A stretch of DNA of 27,951 nucleotides from a virus (lineage: Duplodnaviria; Heunggongvirae; Uroviricota; Caudoviricetes): IMG/VR virus record IMGVR_UViG_3300005323_000036. One strand, given 5' to 3'. Under the pieces are notes generated by a model, which worked only from the letters and a program-made list of their open reading frames with translations, searched no databases and had not been told where the DNA came from. Position numbers and translations under genes: made by a program. The number at the start of each line of letters is the position of its first letter. The first letter of the stretch is position 1. Below are positions 1 through 7,933 of the stretch, piece by piece.

Positions 1-30
1 ATTTTTACATTAACCAGCAAATTTTATAGG

Positions 31-445
31 ATATTGTAATATTAGTGGCGACGGGATAGAAAAGTATTATCTTTAATGGCTACTGTAATTTTAATAGATC
101 TATTATTTCTTTTCTTAAAAGCATAACTTACTGTAATTTTAATGGCGACGTGATACTGTAATTTTAATAGATCTATTATTACTATATTAACCTGGATCTA
201 CTATCATCTTCCTCTTCTCTTCATAACATTTATATACTATTAAATACAATATTATTTTGGCACAGCAGAAACAGAGAATTAGATCTATTACAAGGAAAGA
301 TTTGTGGCGATTTCTTTTCTTCTTTTTCTTTGTTATGAGTTTTAGGGAATCTGACTGTTTTCACACGAGGTTATCTTTTAATGGCGGAGTGTTACCTTTG
401 TTTAGAATTGTAATACTGTATTTTTGTTAGTGGCGACGTGATATA
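31..445. repeat. Cluster of short direct repeats and palindromes (TACTGTAATTTTAAT, TAATAGATCTATTA, RTGGCGACG)
   Basis: 27-bp exact repeat TACTGTAATTTTAATAGATCTATTATT at 81-107 and 154-180; TACTGTAATTTTAAT also at 129-143; 14-bp palindrome TAATAGATCTATTA at 92-105 and 165-178; TGGCGACG near 46, 143 and 431. Confidence 0.85.
289..343 (-). repeat. Dispersed CTCATAAC-purine tract element, copy 1
   Basis: Reverse complement AAAACTCATAACAAAGAAAAAGAAGAAAAG...CTTTCCTTGTA resembles copies at 6578, 22775 and 25063. Confidence 0.7.
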
Positions 446-480
446 AAAGAAAGATAGAGAAAAGAGTTTTGTTGTGGGAT

Positions 481-690
481 TTACTTTCTTCCTACCGATG
501 ATATAAAACCACAGAATGTAAACACGAAGAAGGCTAGCCAGTTCCAAAAGTTAATTGCTAGTGGAATGTATGATACAAACATCTGTGATAGTAGGAAGTT
601 TAGAATAATAATCGTAAGAACTGGTCCTAGAATCAACATTACAATTGCAATAATGATCAATACGATTCCTGTTAAAATTTCATCTGCCAT
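481..690 (-). CDS. Small membrane protein (two hydrophobic segments)
   Basis: ATG start; GP-x6-LN-x-L...IP...W-x-A pattern recalled from small phage membrane proteins. Confidence 0.7.
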   Translation of the reverse strand: MADEILTGIVLIIIAIVMLILGPVLTIIILNFLLSQMFVSYIPLAINFWNWLAFFVFTFCGFISSVGRK

Positions 691-751
691 ACAACATCTT
701 ATTTGTTTTAATAGATAATAAATATTTTCGTCAATAAATACTATGTGTTGA

Positions 752-1852
752 TTAATCTATTTTAAAGTTTGATATCTTGTTTATACCAAGTGATTTAACA
801 AATGTTAATTTATCTGCATCATTATATGAGTTATATAGTTCTATCATGTGTTGATGTTCTTCTTTTTCTTTAGTTAGAAAGTTAGTTATAAATTCTTCAC
901 TTATTGTATATGCTCCAAATGGTTGTCTAGTATTTAGATTACTATGTCTTACTTGTATACATCTGATTAATTGTTTGTATGATATTGCGGTTAGTTTATT
1001 GAATCTGAATTCACAGTGTGAATTACAATAGTTTCTTGTATTATCGTATGTATAGAATGTTCTTTTACACCGTTTGCATGATTTTTTATATCTTATTGGT
1101 TTTATATTTAGTCTTTTATTGTGATTATAAAAAGACATTTTACATTTATTTGAACAGAATAATTTGTTATAATGCATCAATTCATATAAGTTAATGGGGA
1201 TATGATTGTTACATTTTGGATTATTACATTTTATAAATAGGAGTCTATAATCATCTTTTTCTGCTATTATCTTTTCTGGTCTATATACATCTGCATGAGC
1301 ATCATTCCAAGTTTCTTTTGCAATTACTCTATCTATTTCTTGTTGGAGCAGACCTTTAATTTCTTCTTTAGATTTAATTTTAAATTTAAATATAGTATGG
1401 TTTATATAATTCAATACATTTTGAGTTAAATAAGGTTTGTAGAGTGGTCCAATATTTTTTAATAGAGTACCATTATATTTTTTATATAATTTTGTTCGTG
1501 ATATTGGATTATTCCTTACTTTATAATCAGGATCATAATTTTTGTGTTCTATATTGTTTTTTAGACCCAATTTGATGCATTGTTTAATATAGTTTTGTTT
1601 TGTTATTTTCGATTTATGGGTTTTACAGTGTTCACAACAGTGTTCGCGATTGTCGTATGTAATAAATTTCTTGTTACATGATTTATTTATACAGTGTTTT
1701 GTCTTTTTCTCCAATTTAAGTTTATAAGTGTATTTTCTACAGTTATTACAACAGAATAATTTATTGTATCTTTTGTATTCTTCATAATCTACATTTATGT
1801 AATTATTACATGTTGGATTATTACACTTAATCTCAATTATCTTTGGTAACAT
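752..1852 (-). CDS. Zinc-finger protein with two copies of a tandem treble-clef (TRASH/zf-FCS-like) module
   Basis: IKCNNPxCNNxI...YNKLFCxNxC...CxxxCxxxFxTYDN..xCxxHC occurs at about aa 8-77 and aa 207-281. Confidence 0.8.
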   Translation of the reverse strand: MLPKIIEIKCNNPTCNNYINVDYEEYKRYNKLFCCNNCRKYTYKLKLEKKTKHCINKSCNKKFITYDNREHCCEHCKTHKSKITKQNYIKQCIKLGLKNNIEHKNYDPDYKVRNNPISRTKLYKKYNGTLLKNIGPLYKPYLTQNVLNYINHTIFKFKIKSKEEIKGLLQQEIDRVIAKETWNDAHADVYRPEKIIAEKDDYRLLFIKCNNPKCNNHIPINLYELMHYNKLFCSNKCKMSFYNHNKRLNIKPIRYKKSCKRCKRTFYTYDNTRNYCNSHCEFRFNKLTAISYKQLIRCIQVRHSNLNTRQPFGAYTISEEFITNFLTKEKEEHQHMIELYNSYNDADKLTFVKSLGINKISNFKID

Positions 1853-1869
1853 ATGTATCTATAATATCG

Positions 1870-2600
1870 ATAGCATACTATATAAACATATTTACATATC
1901 AAAATTATATGACATAGTTAATAAAATATCCAATTAAATTTATTTTTTCTTGTATTAAATATCATATATTGTTTTAATTTATGGCGACACACTTATAGTA
2001 TGAATCTGTATAATTACAATATATTTAGATTTTTATACCACCATTAAAAGTAATTTTACCAACTATCATATTTTAACTGTCATGTTAGAAATTACATATT
2101 AAAATAAAACACCATAGTTAATATTTTATACGTTTATATTGGTTATTTTAATTAATTAACTACTATTATAGTTTATTTTTATAGAGACGCATTTGTATTA
2201 TCATCTCATATAATTATACTATTTTTGATAGAATCTACTATAGTTTGTGTTTATGATAGGTAATGGTGAACATAATATTTTAACTACTATGCAAATTACA
2301 TATTAAAAATAAGTGTTAACGTAAATAAAATACGCATGTAATATAGATTATATTAGATATAAACGTTGGTTGTTCTTTATTTTTAAGGTGACGCTATTGT
2401 AGTATGATTATGTATAATTATAGTATTTGGGTTATTTTATTATCATCTTCATAAATTTATAACTTTTTAAATATTATACTATACAAATATTAATACTATC
2501 AAAATTTACATATGTAAATAATAGTGCATAGTTAAAATAATATCGTATTGAATATGGTTATTTATAAATTGTATGTATTATATTGACTATTTTGACATCC
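1870..2600. repeat. Degenerate ~205-bp tandem repeat (3 full copies + 1 partial) in an AT-rich intergenic region
   Basis: TTACATAT anchors at 1892, 2092, 2296 and 2506; alignable internal blocks CATAGTTAA, TGGTTATTT and TTTATTTTTAxRGxGACRC..TTRTAGTAT...TATAATTA. Confidence 0.7.
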
Positions 2601-2775
2601 ACATTCTACCTTCTATCTTCTCCCTCTGTAAACACGCATATCACCACTCATTAAATACGTCTAAATTATGGGTTAAATAACGGTGCGCCTGCCTTAAAAA
2701 TATGAATATTAGTTTAAATCTAATAGAATAACGAAAGAAATGAAAATAAAAGGATTACTGTGAATTTGGGCAAAC

Positions 2776-2790
2776 ACCCGCACAGCGGGT
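2776..2790. other. GC-rich perfect inverted repeat ACCCGC-ACA-GCGGGT
   Basis: 6-bp perfect stem with 3-nt loop in AT-rich surroundings; partial direct repeat CCCGCAGCG at 2808-2816. Confidence 0.55.
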
Positions 2791-2854
2791 AAAGTATGTA
2801 TATATTCCCCGCAGCGTTTTACTTATTGTTTTTATTAGTATATAAACTTAATGG

Positions 2855-2875
2855 TTCTACAGTGGAAATGAAGGT
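2855..2875 (+). promoter_or_regulatory. ORB/mini-ORB-like motif (possible Orc1/Cdc6 site)
   Basis: TTCTACAGTGGAAATGAAGGT resembles the archaeal ORB consensus TTCCAGTGGAAA...GGGG; only one copy seen. Confidence 0.4.
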
Positions 2876-2984
2876 ATATGATCATAAGAAGTATTAGTTT
2901 AGTGTTACTAGTATAGACAGATTGATAATACAATTCCCAATATGGACAGTAGAAGAAATGAGGAGAAAGTATTAAGATGGATCA

Positions 2985-3395
2985 TTGACTATTAATTGTA
3001 TGAATAAAGTATCAAAAAACATATCTTATTCATTGACATGGATATTAGAACATGATTATAAACTCTGGTCTTTATGTTTAAGGAAAAAGAAATTTTTAAG
3101 TAAATCTTATGCCAATAAATACATAATTGCTAGAAAGTTTGGTAAGCCAATGAATGTGTTTAAGTGTAGAATATGTGGGTTTTATCATGTTGGAACAGAC
3201 TTTAAGCATGGTGGAACAAAGATAGCAACCTTTGGAAATAAAACATATAAATTAGTTAAAACAGTAGATAGTCAAGATAAAGCAATAGACTATGTAAAAT
3301 ATTATCAAAGAACTAATATTAAATTTAAAATTAGAACATATAACAAACCTATTTCACAAAGAGGAATGTATTATATTTATGCAGATGTTCAATAA
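2985..3395 (+). CDS. Hypothetical basic protein with a CxxCxxxH zinc-knuckle motif
   Basis: FKCRICGFYHVG resembles the phage YxCxxCxxWH motif; start uncertain (TTG 2985 or ATG 3000). Confidence 0.7.
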   Translation: MTINCMNKVSKNISYSLTWILEHDYKLWSLCLRKKKFLSKSYANKYIIARKFGKPMNVFKCRICGFYHVGTDFKHGGTKIATFGNKTYKLVKTVDSQDKAIDYVKYYQRTNIKFKIRTYNKPISQRGMYYIYADVQ

Positions 3396-3457
3396 TAGAT
3401 AGTATTAAGATGAATTAGATACAATATACAATAGAAAACAAAGGTAAATGATATAGA

Positions 3458-3709
3458 ATGGCTGTAGATTGGAATACTGTTAATGAAGGTGTTATGCAAC
3501 TTTCACATACAGATAAAACAGAATTGACACGTGCTTCATACATATCAGAATTAATTAATGGATATACACATGAAGGACAACTAGAATTAATGTATCTAAT
3601 GCTTCGTGGTTACATTATAAATGCTAATAAAACACCTAATGAAGCAGCATCAGCATTTAAAGTAATGGATTTTGTAGGTAAACAATTCAACCGTAACTGG
3701 AGAATTTAA
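3458..3709 (+). CDS. Hypothetical protein
   Basis: ATG ORF with protein-like composition in a co-oriented block. Confidence 0.7.
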   Translation: MAVDWNTVNEGVMQLSHTDKTELTRASYISELINGYTHEGQLELMYLMLRGYIINANKTPNEAASAFKVMDFVGKQFNRNWRI

Positions 3710-3712
3710 ATC

Positions 3713-3916
3713 ATGAAAGAAAAAACAGTTAGAAGTTTCTTATTAAGGTGTGTTAAAGATGCACAAGATCGACATAAAGTTAATGATCTATATAACTTTG
3801 GATTAAACATGGGCTTTATAGAAATGATGTTAAGAGATCCAACAGTAACAAATCTGGATGATATTCATAAATTTAAAACTGCTAATAATAATGTAGAAGG
3901 TGGTGTGAAACAATGA
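3713..3916 (+). CDS. Hypothetical protein
   Basis: ATG ORF; ATGA overlap with the next gene; ends in a GGTG RBS-like sequence. Confidence 0.7.
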   Translation: MKEKTVRSFLLRCVKDAQDRHKVNDLYNFGLNMGFIEMMLRDPTVTNLDDIHKFKTANNNVEGGVKQ

Positions 3917-4563
3917 ATAAGAAATTACTAGATTCTATTTATTTAGTTATGTCAGACTGTCCCAATTACAGTTCTATTCATAGTATTATCTCTAAACAAG
4001 AATTGCATGATATGATGATGAAACCTGAAAACATGCTGGAATTCCTATCACTATTTGCTAATGCTATAGGAATTGATGATGAATCAGATTGTAATACTAA
4101 ATGTGGTATTGATTGTTCAGAATGTGGTGATATAACTGAATCTGATTGTATCCATGTAATTCTAAACAACATTAGAAATAATATTAATAAACCAAGACAA
4201 CAAAGAGGGCCAACTGTTATAGTTACACCAACAAAATATTATTGTAAAGGTTGTACATATTTTGTATTATCACAAAGATATAAATGTGATTCATACAATA
4301 ATAATAAAACATCATATTGGCTGACACAGTGTGCATTTAACTGTTTAAAAACAATATCAGAACTATCAGATAATCCTGAAACTCCTTCCTGGTGCAAATA
4401 TCTAAAGGAAGAAGTAGAAGATAAATCACAAATTTGTAAATATCTTGATACTGAACGTCAAACTTGCTTAAATGCACAAATAACAAACTTTGGCACATCA
4501 TGTCCCTGGGGAGATGGATATAAACTTCATCCTGGATTTATGTGCCCAAGTTCATCAAAATAG
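3913..4563 (+). CDS. Multi-module Cys-rich hypothetical protein
   Basis: CxxxC-x2-C, YCKGC...TPSWCKY and CKYLD...C...CP...C modules shared with other ORFs in the window. Confidence 0.75.
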   Translation: MNKKLLDSIYLVMSDCPNYSSIHSIISKQELHDMMMKPENMLEFLSLFANAIGIDDESDCNTKCGIDCSECGDITESDCIHVILNNIRNNINKPRQQRGPTVIVTPTKYYCKGCTYFVLSQRYKCDSYNNNKTSYWLTQCAFNCLKTISELSDNPETPSWCKYLKEEVEDKSQICKYLDTERQTCLNAQITNFGTSCPWGDGYKLHPGFMCPSSSK

Positions 4564-4621
4564 TACCCAAAGAAAGAGAAAGAACAAAACAAATAAAATC
4601 TAACTTGTGACAATTTTTATT

Positions 4622-5008
4622 ATGAGACTTTGGCATCAATCGCTTATACCGAAACTTCCACGGAAGCAGTTACTAGGACTTCATCGGGAAATTTGTGCCT
4701 TGAGGGGTAATGGGTGGGGTAAGAAACACGCGACGGTTGATTATGTGTTCACTCATCCTATGGAATGGCTTATTGCTTATCACGTAGTTGTTATGGATCA
4801 AATGACAAATAGAGGTTATAACGTTGATAAAAAGTGGTTTGATATTTTATATAGAGGTAAGTCATGTGAAAGAAACTCTAATATTAATCTCAATTTAGTA
4901 GTTCAATTGAGATATACTATGAACCCAATCTACAAAGAACACAACGATACTTACCTACAGGAATGTCTTGATAATCTTAAAAGTAAAAACATCACAATTG
5001 AAATATAA
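4622..5008 (+). CDS. TIGR02328 family / pyrimidine dimer DNA glycosylase-like (T4 endonuclease V fold) protein
   Basis: MRLWHQSLIPKLPRKQLLGLHREICALRGNGWGKKHATVDYVF...YH..VM..M..RGY matches the recalled family signature almost exactly; start moved to ATG 4622. Confidence 0.9.
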   Translation: MRLWHQSLIPKLPRKQLLGLHREICALRGNGWGKKHATVDYVFTHPMEWLIAYHVVVMDQMTNRGYNVDKKWFDILYRGKSCERNSNINLNLVVQLRYTMNPIYKEHNDTYLQECLDNLKSKNITIEI

Positions 5009-5037
5009 ATCTACAACTATTCTCTTCTTCCCATAAC

Positions 5038-5060
5038 TTTATCATCTTATACAGCCTATA
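5038..5060 (+). promoter_or_regulatory. Promoter-like motif TTTATCAT...TACAGCCTATA
   Basis: Variant of the motif at 7185, 10275 and 10601. Confidence 0.5.
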
Positions 5061-5076
5061 CTATATTGGTGATTGT

Positions 5077-5349
5077 ATAGCAATTGGTTCAATTATTAGA
5101 GGTGAATACAAAGATGTATTTGCAGATCTTTACAAACTGTATGGAAATAGTAGAACATTTACATTCAAGGAGGCTAAACAAAAGATTCCACATTACACCA
5201 TATCACAACACAGACGACTATTGTTTAATGCAGCAATAACACGCATCAAATATATTAATGGTAGAACATGCCTATGTAAACTAAACAACGATGCAATAGC
5301 AAGCCTACAGAGAGTTAAAAAGAATAAGGAAAAGAAGTGTGTAGAATAA
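5077..5349 (+). CDS. Winged-helix-like protein lacking a canonical start codon (paralog of 10873-11253); absent from the ORF track
   Basis: Open frame (I)AIGSIIRGEYKDVFADLYKLYGNSRTFTFKEAKQKIPHYTISQHRRLLFNAAITRIKYINGRTCLCKLNNDAIASLQRVKKNKEKKCVE*; GGTGA RBS at 5068-5072 followed by ATA/ATT. Confidence 0.6.
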   Translation: MAIGSIIRGEYKDVFADLYKLYGNSRTFTFKEAKQKIPHYTISQHRRLLFNAAITRIKYINGRTCLCKLNNDAIASLQRVKKNKEKKCVE

Positions 5350-5548
5350 AATGAATGAATATATACCGAGTTATGAATGCATTGAGATTGGATATACAAG
5401 TAACGATATAATTCACCAATGGAAGAATAAAAGAGATAATTGGAAATGAATAAAGTAGATATTTATCTTTTATGTATATGCTGTATATTTATTGGGTTTT
5501 ATTTAGGATTTATTGTTGGAATTGGCAATTAAATGGAGATTAAGAAAA

Positions 5549-5707
5549 ATGTATGGATTTATTAGAAAAACACAATGTCCTGAATGTGGTTCTGATGAAA
5601 TTGATGTAGAAGGATTCAGAACTGTAGGGACAGAATCATTTGATGTATATATTTGTAACAACTGCGGTCAGATATGGGATGATTCAGGAATAGACGACTT
5701 TGATTAA
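5549..5707 (+). CDS. Small zinc-ribbon protein
   Basis: CPECGS...YICNNCGQ; ATG 5549 preferred over TTG 5513. Confidence 0.75.
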   Translation: MYGFIRKTQCPECGSDEIDVEGFRTVGTESFDVYICNNCGQIWDDSGIDDFD

Positions 5708-5731
5708 AAATTTAAAAGGAAATGATTAAAA

Positions 5732-5875
5732 ATGGAAATTGAATATTGTTGTATGTGTGGTGAAGAAACTGGCAGGTCAGGATATGGAGATGATTCTTTA
5801 TATGCTAAAGATGGTAGTGGTCCATATTGTCCCGATTGTTACGATATAGTAATGAGTGAAGAACGTGAGGAATAA
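5732..5875 (+). CDS. Small CxxC...CxxC protein (47 aa, not in ORF track)
   Basis: MEIEYCCMCGEETGRSGYGDDSLYAKDGSGPYCPDCYDIVMSEEREE. Confidence 0.65.
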   Translation: MEIEYCCMCGEETGRSGYGDDSLYAKDGSGPYCPDCYDIVMSEEREE

Positions 5876-5876
5876 A

Positions 5877-6068
5877 ATGCATGAAGAAGATGATAATCAA
5901 TTTCTGTGTCCATTTTCATTAAACAGAGAAGAACCACTTTACTGTAACGAAGGATATACAGGAACATATAACCAAAGTTTCATAGCAGAAAGACGTTGTA
6001 GAGCATGGAGAGTAGTTAATCTAGATATTTGTAAATATGGATATTGTAAATTAATAGATAAGGTATAA
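5877..6068 (+). CDS. Small Cys-rich hypothetical protein
   Basis: LCPF...C...CRAW...GYCKLID; ATG directly after the upstream stop. Confidence 0.65.
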   Translation: MHEEDDNQFLCPFSLNREEPLYCNEGYTGTYNQSFIAERRCRAWRVVNLDICKYGYCKLIDKV

Positions 6069-6071
6069 TAT

Positions 6072-6317
6072 ATGAATGAAAATACTATTGTAAAATTTAT
6101 TGGGTGTAGTGAATCTCAACACAATTTTGGTAATCATACTGGAAACTATAACAATCTTGTTATAGGAAAAGAATACGTTGTTGAAAAGACAGAAGTTCAT
6201 TCATGGCATACCAAAGTGTATTTAAAAGGTATTGTTGGTAATTTCAATAGTGTGTGTTTTGAAAAACTTTTTAAATATCCATCAGAAACAAACATAAAGA
6301 ATATTCATGATCAATAA
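6072..6317 (+). CDS. Conserved phage hypothetical protein (SH3-like beta barrel)
   Basis: LVIGKEYVV..TEVHSWHTKVYL.G..G.FNSVCFE motif recalled from phage proteins. Confidence 0.7.
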   Translation: MNENTIVKFIGCSESQHNFGNHTGNYNNLVIGKEYVVEKTEVHSWHTKVYLKGIVGNFNSVCFEKLFKYPSETNIKNIHDQ

Positions 6318-6507
6318 TAAACTTTACATTTTAGAAGTTCCATCATGTGCTGATTGTCCAAATATTAAAATTTGTAAAATTGCATGGGAACATACTGATG
6401 AAAATACATTTCCTAAAGATTGTCCACTTCCAGATGCAGACATTCCATGTATGAAAACATATATTAACGGTTATAATTTGGAATGCGGTAACCGTTTCAA
6501 TTATTAA
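6307..6507 (+). CDS. Small CxxCP...P-x-x-CPL protein
   Basis: SCADCP...FPKDCPL. Confidence 0.7.
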   Translation: MINNKLYILEVPSCADCPNIKICKIAWEHTDENTFPKDCPLPDADIPCMKTYINGYNLECGNRFNY

Positions 6508-6577
6508 ATAACATAAATAAACTTTTCTTTAATTAAAACAATTAAACTGTAACTAATGAAACTAACAGGCAACTCCC

Positions 6578-6627
6578 AAAACTCATAACAAAAAGGAAAG
6601 AAGAAAAAGAAAATTCCCTTCTTGCTA
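6578..6627 (+). repeat. Dispersed CTCATAAC-purine tract element, copy 2
   Basis: AAAACTCATAACAAAAAGGAAAGAAGAAAAAGAAAATTCCCTTCTTGCTA. Confidence 0.75.
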
Positions 6628-6802
6628 TTGGGCGCACAATACTAGATGTCACTCCAGTATCTATAATAATATTGTCCTCCATAATATATAAAGATTCCTG
6701 TAATCCCATCGTCACTAAAAGATATGATCAATAATAGATCTATAAACTTGTAATTATCTTCTTACCAAAACTATTATAATGTTATAATCTAAATATATAC
6801 TT

Positions 6803-7144
6803 ATGAAAAGTGATAAATTGAATAAAGTTATAAAAGAACTTGCTATTAGATGTGGGTGTATTAATCGGGGTTGTAATAGTAATAACGATAGTGAACCTGA
6901 TAATTTAGAATACAAATATACGACTGATAAAAACGTTAGTTATATTTACAATTCCAATTATAATGGAGTGGCTATCGTAATAAATGATACACTTTATTAT
7001 GATAATATACTAGGATGGTGTGGAAAATATAAAACTCACCTTGTAAGATATTATACATATGATTTGTATAGTAAATTGATTGGTAGTGATTTAACAAATG
7101 TAAATATCACTACTGCAAAAATAATAGACAGTCTTTTCGATTAA
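6803..7144 (+). CDS. Hypothetical protein
   Basis: ATG ORF downstream of a TAGATCTA/AAACTATTATAAT promoter-like region. Confidence 0.7.
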   Translation: MKSDKLNKVIKELAIRCGCINRGCNSNNDSEPDNLEYKYTTDKNVSYIYNSNYNGVAIVINDTLYYDNILGWCGKYKTHLVRYYTYDLYSKLIGSDLTNVNITTAKIIDSLFD

Positions 7145-7207
7145 TAGATCTATAAACATATTCTTCCTCCCTCTCTCCAATAGTTTTATCATGTATTACA
7201 ACCTATA
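7145..7207 (+). promoter_or_regulatory. TAGATCTA - pyrimidine tract - TTTATCAT...TACAACCTATA boundary cassette
   Basis: Same order of elements at about 193, 5007, 6735, 9276, 20491, 25229 and 26879; inverted copy at about 10233-10263. Confidence 0.65.
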
Positions 7208-7215
7208 TAGTAGTA

Positions 7216-7446
7216 GAGGAAGTAAGACAAGTTACAGGTAATTCTTGTAACTTTTCCTTGATGACCATTGGATAATCACTGTCCACGGTAATGCAGCAGT
7301 GCCAATGAGATAGGTTTTTCAGTTAAGAATTCTATAATGGTTCTTTCACGAGAATCAAAGGAATGTAACGACTGAATAAAAGTAGTGGGGTAACTAGCAG
7401 ACAGTTGAATAAAGATTTTAGAATTAGTTCGTTCTAATTTTAAGAT
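7216..7446 (+). ncRNA. Candidate structured RNA or long 5' leader
   Basis: Consecutive helices: 7229-7238/7244-7253 (10 bp) inside 7216-7221/7254-7259; 7266-7271/7302-7307 with 7277-7281/7297-7301; three nested helices across 7318-7376; 13-bp hairpin 7415-7446; starts right after a promoter motif. Confidence 0.55.
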
Positions 7447-7466
7447 ATCCAAAAGGAGATGAAAAA

Positions 7467-7631
7467 ATGAAAACTTATTTGATTAGATGTGAAACAACAT
7501 CATTAATTGAAGCAGAAAATGAACGTGAAGCATATAGAAATTTTAAAGAATCACATAACATCATTATTGGATTCAAACCTGACTTCATGAAAATTGTAGA
7601 AAGTAGTGTAGATATTAAAGGTGTGGAATAA
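7467..7631 (+). CDS. Small protein with an IEAENEREA motif (54 aa, not in ORF track)
   Basis: Strong AAGGAG RBS; MKTYLIRCETTSLIEAENEREAYRNF... Confidence 0.7.
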   Translation: MKTYLIRCETTSLIEAENEREAYRNFKESHNIIIGFKPDFMKIVESSVDIKGVE

Positions 7632-7933
7632 TGGTAATGTATGCAATAGATGATAAACATTATATTAATTTGGATAATGTTTGTAGTTATAGTAAAATAA
7701 AAGATACAGATTTTTGTAGGTATCTAAAAGGAGATTGTAAGTATAGTGAAAGCATTGGATGTGATACATGTATTACTTGTAAATATTATAGAATTAATAC
7801 TAAAAAGTTTAGAATCGTTTTTAAAATGAACAATGGAGATATATTTAGAAAATGCTTTTCTACCTATGATGACATGCGTGTAGAATTTAGAAAGTTAGAA
7901 TACAAAAATTATGAAAATAAAACAGAATTTTAA
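7631..7933 (+). CDS. Hypothetical protein with a Cys-rich insert
   Basis: TAATG coupling; YINLDNV...CRY..GDC.Y...GCDTC..C...FRIVF. Confidence 0.7.
   Translation: MVMYAIDDKHYINLDNVCSYSKIKDTDFCRYLKGDCKYSESIGCDTCITCKYYRINTKKFRIVFKMNNGDIFRKCFSTYDDMRVEFRKLEYKNYENKTEF

Noticed and set aside
81-180. CRISPR-like mini-array from the TACTGTAATTTTAAT repeats
   Set aside because: Intervals are irregular (33 and 10 nt), the intervening sequence is itself repetitive, and no cas genes are present
1008-1024. Palindrome AATTCACAGTGTGAATT whose reverse complement shares 15 nt with 23005-23019
   Set aside because: It lies inside coding sequence (NSHCEF), and matches of this length are expected by chance in 28 kb of AT-rich DNA
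2768-2795. c-di-GMP-I (GEMM) riboswitch suggested by GGGCAAAC
   Set aside because: No GAAA tetraloop, GGGACGCAAAGC segment or P2 receptor
7276-7452. Antisense 58-aa TTG-start ORF across the structured region
   Set aside because: No RBS or promoter on that strand and it opposes the local gene direction; retained only as the alternative explanation
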